Assembly (NCBI GenBank): GCA_937899865.1
Contig: CALBRH010000039.1
Span: forward strand, 1 to 32,557
From: an uncultured euryarchaeote
Lineage (GTDB): Archaea > Thermoplasmatota > Poseidoniia > Poseidoniales > Poseidoniaceae
Length of the DNA stretch: 32,557 bases
Direction: 5' to 3'
The notes under the pieces were generated by a model, which ran no database searches, was not told the DNA's origin, and was given only the letters and a program-made list of their open reading frames with translations. Each line of letters opens with the position of its first letter. The stretch's first letter is position 1. Positions 26,643 to 32,557 of this stretch are shown here, in pieces. A program made the position numbers and the translations under genes.

Positions 26643-27317
26643 ATGGCAGAAGATTATGAAGGTATGACAGTTGCTGAATTGAAAGTACTACTTAGAGAAC
26701 AAGGTCTTCCAGTTTCTGGCAAAAAGTCAGAACTAATCGAAAGACTCTCTAATGCTCAAGATGTAGAATCTCCTGAGCCAGAAGAAGTAGAAGCTTCAGA
26801 GGCAGAGGAAACTGTAGAAGAAGCTGCAGATGAAGATGATTTTGTTGATGATTCTGATGATGACTGGGATGATGACTGGGACGATGAAGAAGACGAAGGT
26901 CACGTTGCTAAGCAAAAACCAGTTCTCTCAGAAGATATGAAACTCGCTCTTGCTCTAAGATCTGAGCAAAAGAAAAAGACTCCAGCGTTCAAGAGAACGG
27001 AATGGTTCCGTTACAAGAGATTGTCAAGATCAGGTTGGAGAGCGCCTCATGGAATGGATAGCAAGCAAAGAAGGAATTACAAATATCGAAGTTCCCTTGT
27101 TAGAGTAGGCCATGGTAAAGTTGCAGCAGCTAGAGGACTTCACCCATCAGGGTTTAGAGAAGTCATGGTTCACAACACTTTAGATTTGGAAGAAATTGAC
27201 CCTGAGACTCAAGCAGCAAGAGTTGGTAAGACTGTTGGCGGAAGAAAGCGTGAACAGATATACTCTAGAGCAGATGAATTGGGAATTAGAGTTCTCAACA
27301 GAAGGAGGGATGTTTGA
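26643..27317 (+). CDS. rpl32e: Ribosomal protein eL32 with N-terminal SAP domain and acidic linker
   Basis: C-terminal half has P.FKR.EW.RYKRL...WRAPHGMDSKQR and RGLHPSG. N-terminus MTVAELKVLLREQGLPVSGKKSELIERL fits the SAP consensus. Confidence 0.95.
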   Translation: MAEDYEGMTVAELKVLLREQGLPVSGKKSELIERLSNAQDVESPEPEEVEASEAEETVEEAADEDDFVDDSDDDWDDDWDDEEDEGHVAKQKPVLSEDMKLALALRSEQKKKTPAFKRTEWFRYKRLSRSGWRAPHGMDSKQRRNYKYRSSLVRVGHGKVAAARGLHPSGFREVMVHNTLDLEEIDPETQAARVGKTVGGRKREQIYSRADELGIRVLNRRRDV

Positions 27318-27778
27318 TGCAAATAACTAATCAAAAGAGATTGGCTGCAAGACTATTAAAGTGCGGAGTTAACAGAGTTTGGGTAAATCCAGACTATGTT
27401 GATCAAGTTGCTTCAGCAGTTCAGACTGATGACATTAGAGAATTCATCGATGAAGGATGGATTAGAGCTAAACCGATTAAAGGAACTTCCAGAGTTCGTG
27501 CTAGAATGCGTCAAGAGCAAAAGCGTAAAGGTCGTAGAAAAGGACAAGGTAAGCGTGCAGGTTCAGCTAATGCAAGAAACCCAAAGAAATCACGCTGGAT
27601 GAGAACAATCAGAGCTCAGCGAAGAGTGCTCAAGGAATATCGTGAGGATGGAACTATTGAAGCATCTCAGTATCGTAGATATTACCTTAAGGCAAAGGGT
27701 GGTTCATACCGTTCAATTGCCCACATGCGCTCACAAATGACGCTTGAAGGTGTCACGATTAAAGGAGGCGATGAGTGA
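27317..27778 (+). CDS. rpl19e: 50S ribosomal protein eL19
   Basis: QKRLAARLLKCGVNRVW, GRRKGQGKRAG, WMRTIRAQR. ATG overlaps the upstream TGA. Confidence 0.97.
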   Translation: MQITNQKRLAARLLKCGVNRVWVNPDYVDQVASAVQTDDIREFIDEGWIRAKPIKGTSRVRARMRQEQKRKGRRKGQGKRAGSANARNPKKSRWMRTIRAQRRVLKEYREDGTIEASQYRRYYLKAKGGSYRSIAHMRSQMTLEGVTIKGGDE

Positions 27779-28287
27779 TGAGAGGTACACGTAGAAGGTC
27801 TATTTTTAGGAGAAGACAATCTGGTCAAACAGATTATCACAGAAGACTAAAATTGCTTAGAGGTAAAAAACCTAGAGCAGTTGTAAGAGTTTCCAATACA
27901 AGGGTAACATGTCAAATGGTTAACTGGTCGGCTGGAGGAGACATGGTTGTTGCTTCCGTTACTGGTTCAGACTTAACCAAGAAATATGGTTGGCCAGAAG
28001 ATTTCTCACAGAAGTCAGTGCCAGCATGTTATCTTGCAGGTTATGCATTAGGTAAAGAATCAATTTCCAAGGGTTGTTCAGATGCTGTCCTAGACATTGG
28101 TTTGGCAGGCAGTACACCTGGAGGAAGAGTATTCTCAGCATTGAAAGGTATGATAGACGCCGGAATGGAAATTCCTCACAGCGACGAAATTATTCCCGAA
28201 GATGATAGGATTAATGGCGAGCACATATCGGATAAGATTGGCTCTGCTGTTGAAGCAACCAAGAGCAAAATAGAGGGGGCATACTAA
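27778..28287 (+). CDS. rpl18: 50S ribosomal protein uL18
   Basis: FRRRQSGQTDYHRRLKLL, PACYLAGY, AVLDIGL, GMEIPH. Confidence 0.97.
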   Translation: MRGTRRRSIFRRRQSGQTDYHRRLKLLRGKKPRAVVRVSNTRVTCQMVNWSAGGDMVVASVTGSDLTKKYGWPEDFSQKSVPACYLAGYALGKESISKGCSDAVLDIGLAGSTPGGRVFSALKGMIDAGMEIPHSDEIIPEDDRINGEHISDKIGSAVEATKSKIEGAY

Positions 28288-29051
28288 TGAGTGAAGAACA
28301 ACAAACAATGGCACCAGGTTTGATGCTAGCATTTAATCCTGAAGAGTCAGAAGAATCTACAGACGTTAGAAGAAGAGGTAAAGGTCAAGATGATCCAATT
28401 AGGAATCTACTTTCTTGGACTCCAAAGACAAGATTAGGTAATGCTGTCGCAGCTGGCCAAATCGTTACATTCGAACAAGCATTAGCAAGCAAACTTCCGA
28501 TTAGAGAAGTTGAAGTTGTAGACGCACTTATTCCAAATCTTGAGGATGAAATCATTAAGGTTAACATGGTTCAAAGAATGACTGACAGTGGCCGACGTGT
28601 AAGATTCAACGTTATGGCTTGTGTTGGTAACAAAGATGGCTATGTCGGACTTGGGATGGCTAAGGCAAAAGAAGTGTCACAGGCTATTAGAAAAGCGATT
28701 ACTGCTGCTAAACTAAACCTTATCAGCGTCCAAAGAGGCAATGGTTCTTGGGAATCTTCGAAAGGTCCTGGAACTTCAGTACCGTTCAAGATTAACGGCC
28801 GTTCTGCTTCAACAAGAGTTACATTGATGCCTGCAGCTAAAGGTAAGGGTCTAGTAATCGGTGAAACTGGTAAGAAAGTACTTGACCTAGCTGGAATTAC
28901 TGACGTTCTATCCCGTACCAAGGGACAAACAAGAACCACAATTAATTATGCAGCAGCTACTTTTAATGCATTAAAGAATCTAAACACAACAAGAATTTCC
29001 AATGAACAAAGAGAGAAATTGTACATCAATAAAGGGAGGATGTTAGAATGA
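28287..29051 (+). CDS. rps5: 30S ribosomal protein uS5
   Basis: WTPKTRLG, VQRMTDSGRR, PAAKGKGLV, RTTINYA. Confidence 0.97.
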   Translation: MSEEQQTMAPGLMLAFNPEESEESTDVRRRGKGQDDPIRNLLSWTPKTRLGNAVAAGQIVTFEQALASKLPIREVEVVDALIPNLEDEIIKVNMVQRMTDSGRRVRFNVMACVGNKDGYVGLGMAKAKEVSQAIRKAITAAKLNLISVQRGNGSWESSKGPGTSVPFKINGRSASTRVTLMPAAKGKGLVIGETGKKVLDLAGITDVLSRTKGQTRTTINYAAATFNALKNLNTTRISNEQREKLYINKGRMLE

Positions 29052-29518
29052 GTTGGATAGTTGTTAGAGTTAGAAGCAATGTCAATGTAGAGCGCTCCAT
29101 TCGTGAAACAATGGATTACCTTAACCTAACGAAGGTTAACCATGCAGTTATTATCCCAGAGAATGACCAATATCGTGGAATGCTACAAAAGGCAAAGGAC
29201 TACATTACATGGGGAGAAGCTACTGAAGAAACTGTCGAGAAGATGCTTTCTGAGCGTGGTCGAATGTCAGGCGACTCTCCACTTACAGATCAAATTGTTA
29301 AAGATTCAACAGAATTCAAGAGTATTTCTGATTTTGCTAAATCTGTCACATCTGGTGATTCAAAGGTAAAGGATGTACCTGGACTAAAGAGAGTTTTCAG
29401 ACTACACCCACCTAGAGGTCCAAAAGGCTGGGGCGGAATTAAGCGTTCATTCGTCGTTGGAGGCGCATTAGGTGCAAGAGGCGATGCAATCAACAATCTT
29501 GTTGATAGGATGATTTGA
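29048..29518 (+). CDS. rpl30: 50S ribosomal protein uL30
   Basis: VVRVRS.VNV, GMLQKAKDYITWGE, FRLHPPRG, INNLVDRMI. Confidence 0.97.
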   Translation: MSWIVVRVRSNVNVERSIRETMDYLNLTKVNHAVIIPENDQYRGMLQKAKDYITWGEATEETVEKMLSERGRMSGDSPLTDQIVKDSTEFKSISDFAKSVTSGDSKVKDVPGLKRVFRLHPPRGPKGWGGIKRSFVVGGALGARGDAINNLVDRMI

Positions 29519-29527
29519 GGTGATAAT

Positions 29528-29953
29528 ATGGGAATAAAAGCAAACAAACATCGTGGAAGAAACCGCTATCATGGTCGCGGTAAGAAAGCAGGTCGTGGTG
29601 CAGGTAAGCGAGGAGGACGAGGTCTTGCTGGTATCAACAAGCACAGAGTTATGACTAGAATCAAGTATATGCCAAAACACTGGGGAATGCACGGATTTAA
29701 TCGCCATCCATCGCTTAGAAATGTTAACGTTACAGTAAATGTGGGACAGTTAGAAAATATGGCTGGAGACAAAGATTCAGTTAACCTAACAGAAATGGGC
29801 ATCGATAAGTTACTTGGAAGTGGTAGAATTTCTAAGGCACTAACAGTCACAGTTTCCGAGGCTAGCGCAAAAGCTGTCGAGAAGATTGAAGCCGCAGGAG
29901 GATCGCTTGAAACTGATAGCGACGAGGACTGGGGCGAATGGGAAGAAGAGTAA
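29528..29953 (+). CDS. rpl15: 50S ribosomal protein uL15
   Basis: RGRNRYHGRGKKAGRGAG.RGGRG.AG, KLLGSG, AVEKIEAAGG. Confidence 0.97.
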   Translation: MGIKANKHRGRNRYHGRGKKAGRGAGKRGGRGLAGINKHRVMTRIKYMPKHWGMHGFNRHPSLRNVNVTVNVGQLENMAGDKDSVNLTEMGIDKLLGSGRISKALTVTVSEASAKAVEKIEAAGGSLETDSDEDWGEWEEE

Positions 29954-29971
29954 TAATTAGGTGTGATAATA

Positions 29972-31906
29972 ATGAGACATAAGCCAATTCCATGGGCAAT
30001 CGCATTGACCGGAGTTCTGTATTTTGGTCTACTAATTTACTGGCAATCAGATGAATTATCCAGTGAAATTGATGCAGTAAGAAATGCTGCTCAGTTTGGA
30101 TTGGTTCTATCTGTAATCTATGTTGCTTACCTAATGTGGTGTTTCAATAGAGATTTGCCGGAGGGTTTGAAGGATGCCCCAGTTATAGGCCGCTATGGTA
30201 AACTTCTAGGATGGCTTGCTATTGCTGGAATCGCTGTTTGGTATGTTAGGCCAGGAAAGTGGGGCGGCTATGAAGATGGTGTTGGGTTCTTCTTAGTAGG
30301 TATACTACTGCTTGGTTTTGGTGCAGCAGCTGCATTAACATGTTTCATGTGGAGCGGTGATAAGAGCAGCAGATTGTATGCTTTACATCGATTCGTAGAT
30401 GTGTATCCAACAATTACCAAACCAGAGCGCCACGTTCGATTTAATGAAAAAATGTGGACAACTACTTTTGTTCTAATCATCTATTTCGCTATGACCAACG
30501 TAATGCTATACGGTCTATCTGGTCAAGCACTTGACTTATTCAGTGGTTTCCGTTCGATTATGGCAGGTGCATCAGGTACAATCATGCACTTGGGGATTGG
30601 TCCAATTGTTACTGGTTCAATTATTATGCAACTTTTCGCTGGTGCCAAGATCATTAGACTTGACTTATCAAACTCAGAAGACAAAGCCATGTATCAAGGT
30701 GTTCAGAAATTATTGGTATTGATTATGATTCCAATTGAAGCAATTCCACAGACCTATGGTTTCCTAGACCCTATGGAATTCCTCATAGATTCTTATGGTA
30801 TGGGTTGGGCTAACTTTGTCATTGTATCACAATTGTTCGCTGGTTCTTACTTGGTTTTCTTACTTGATGAATTAGTCAGCAAATGGGGTATTGGTTCTGG
30901 TATGTCATTGTTTATTGCTGCAGGTGTTTCACAGTCAACTTTCGTGGGAACACTATCTCCGTTACCTGTAACTAGCGGATTAGGATACTCAATGTCTAAT
31001 CCACCATCTGGTACCTTGCCGATGATTTTCTACATGTTTAGAGAGGCCACGAACTATGAAATGATTTCTAGTAATGGTTTCGAAACTATACTGCTGACGC
31101 ACGTTAATCCATTAGCTGCATTATTTTCATCGGTAGTGGTGTTCTTGGTTGTCGCATACGCGGAATCAAGTAAATTGGAATTGCCATTGACCCACGGAAA
31201 AGTTAGAGGCCATAGAGGAAAGTATCCAATTAGACTGGTATATGCATCTAACATTCCAGTTATTTTGATGGCAGCTCTACTTGCTAACATTAACATGTTC
31301 ACCCTACTATTTTGGAGTCATCCGACGCTATCTCAAACACCGTTCTTGGGCCGAGAAGGTTACGGATCCTTATCGGAATATATTGGGACATATGATCAAG
31401 GGCAAACAACAGCTTCCGGAGGTTTTGCTTGGTATGCCAGCATGGTCAATGGTGTAAATGATTGGCTATTGCCGCTGTTAAATCAAACAGGTGATGTTTA
31501 TGGGCATAGTTTGACACAAATTATGGTACACGTTGTATTCTATGTAGTCTTGATGACTGTTGGTTCGATGGTATTCGCTAAATTCTGGATTGATACGACG
31601 AATATGGGTACTAAAGACGTTGCCAAGCAGATTGAAAGAACCGGTATGCAAATACCAGGTTTCAGAAAGAACCCTAAGGTTCTAGAAAAGATTCTTGAAA
31701 ATTATATTCCACCTGTGACTTATTTCTCTGGTGCTTTCGTTGGTTTACTGGCTGCCGGTGCAGATCTATTAGGTACGGTTGGTAACGCGACGGGTACGGG
31801 TCTGTTACTTGCCGTAGGTATTATATTGCGAACTTATGAGCAGATTCAGAAAGAACAAGCTATGGAAATGCATCCAATGATAAGACAATTCTTTGGAGCA
31901 GAATGA
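29972..31906 (+). CDS. secY: Protein translocase subunit SecY with about 125-aa N-terminal hydrophobic extension
   Basis: LGIGPIVTGSII.QL, DELVSKWGIGSG.SLFIAAG, YPIRLVYASNIPVI, IPGFRKNP, GTGLLLAVGI. ATG 29972 follows the AGGTG SD. Confidence 0.96.
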   Translation: MRHKPIPWAIALTGVLYFGLLIYWQSDELSSEIDAVRNAAQFGLVLSVIYVAYLMWCFNRDLPEGLKDAPVIGRYGKLLGWLAIAGIAVWYVRPGKWGGYEDGVGFFLVGILLLGFGAAAALTCFMWSGDKSSRLYALHRFVDVYPTITKPERHVRFNEKMWTTTFVLIIYFAMTNVMLYGLSGQALDLFSGFRSIMAGASGTIMHLGIGPIVTGSIIMQLFAGAKIIRLDLSNSEDKAMYQGVQKLLVLIMIPIEAIPQTYGFLDPMEFLIDSYGMGWANFVIVSQLFAGSYLVFLLDELVSKWGIGSGMSLFIAAGVSQSTFVGTLSPLPVTSGLGYSMSNPPSGTLPMIFYMFREATNYEMISSNGFETILLTHVNPLAALFSSVVVFLVVAYAESSKLELPLTHGKVRGHRGKYPIRLVYASNIPVILMAALLANINMFTLLFWSHPTLSQTPFLGREGYGSLSEYIGTYDQGQTTASGGFAWYASMVNGVNDWLLPLLNQTGDVYGHSLTQIMVHVVFYVVLMTVGSMVFAKFWIDTTNMGTKDVAKQIERTGMQIPGFRKNPKVLEKILENYIPPVTYFSGAFVGLLAAGADLLGTVGNATGTGLLLAVGIILRTYEQIQKEQAMEMHPMIRQFFGAE

Positions 31907-31984
31907 TTGAAATTTGGACCTGATTTAAATCAGAAAATTAACTCATTCTGTTTCGCAGTTGCGTGTTTTTACACTATTTTACAT

Positions 31985-32003
31985 CGGGTATATTCATATA
32001 TGG
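31985..32003 (+). promoter_or_regulatory. Putative promoter of the 16S rRNA gene
   Basis: CGG-N6-TCATATAT ending about 25 nt before the first leader hairpin. Confidence 0.45.
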
Positions 32004-32025
32004 GATGTTAGTGGCTGAGTTGCTT

Positions 32026-32262
32026 GCGTTGTTGAGAACGGCGTTAGATTCTGAGTCTTCGGACGGTGAAGAAATCTATCCTCTCTTTACGCAAAGCCGA
32101 AGCGATTGCGATTCTGAAAAACCATCATGGTTCAGAGTCAGGAAGGTGATCGAGATTATGATGTATTTTTGTGCAAGAGCTCAAGTGCAATATTTTCTCG
32201 CCAATTTTTTTAGAGACAGCAATAAATCATGCGACAGGTAACCTAAGGATCATAACAAGAGA
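32026..32262 (+). other. Structured 5' leader (external transcribed spacer) of 16S rRNA
   Basis: GTC-TTCG-GAC tetraloop hairpin 32055-64, CGCAA/TTGCG 32090-32110, ATTCTGA/TCAGAGT 32111-32138. Confidence 0.55.
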
Positions 32263-32557
32263 AATCTGGTTGATCCTGCCAGAGGCGACCGCTTTTGGAG
32301 TTCGATTAAGCCATGCGAGTAGAAAGAAATTAGATTCTTTGCGAACTGCTCAGTAACACGTGGATAACCTGCCCTATGCTCTGGGATAACCTCGGGAAAC
32401 TGAGAATAATACCGGATAGATCACAACGCCTGGAACGGTGTGTGGTTGAAAGATTACGGCATAGGATGGGTCTGCGGCGTATCAGGTTGTAGGGGGTGTA
32501 AAGGACCTCCTAGCCATCGACGCGTACGGGTGTTGGGAGACATAGCCCGGAGATGGA
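32263..32557 (+). rRNA. rrs: 16S rRNA, 5' part (runs off the window end)
   Basis: AATCTGGTTGATCCTGCC, TTAAGCCATGCGAGT, ACTGCTCAGTAACACGTGGATAACCTGCCC, GGGAAACTG, GGGTCTGCGGC, GCCCGGAGATGGA are archaeal 16S signature segments. Confidence 0.97.

Noticed and set aside
31963-32356. ORFs 31963-32241 and 32171-32356
   Set aside because: They overlap the structured rRNA leader and the 16S gene; no protein features.

Overview
Archaeal chromosomal window, AT-rich (about 38-40% GC by eye). Gene content and the 16S 5' end fit marine Thermoplasmatota, probably Ca. Poseidoniales/Marine Group II; this placement is inference. Left part: partial tRNA-Ala(GGC), an HExxH/Zn-ribbon protein, tRNA-Arg(TCT), an eL41 gene missed by the ORF track, and tRNA-Trp(CCA) with a 108-nt box C/D guide intron. 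Then a + strand run: membrane-anchored S8 protease, class I aminotransferase, two orphan membrane proteins, a 1186-aa Ig-repeat surface protein and the thermosome. After it comes an unusual two-gene redox locus. The first gene fuses a ferredoxin and a flavodoxin to an SdhB-fold domain that has lost all its Fe-S cysteines. The second is an SdhE/HdrB-fold protein that has lost 8 of 10 CCG cysteines. Hef helicase/nuclease lies on the - strand. Right half: a GC-rich structured leader, the uL3-to-secY ribosomal protein superoperon (with a SAP-eL32 fusion and a SecY carrying four extra N-terminal hydrophobic helices), and the start of a 16S rRNA gene. No CRISPR array or mobile element was seen. All alignments were done by eye from remembered family motifs; no searches were run.
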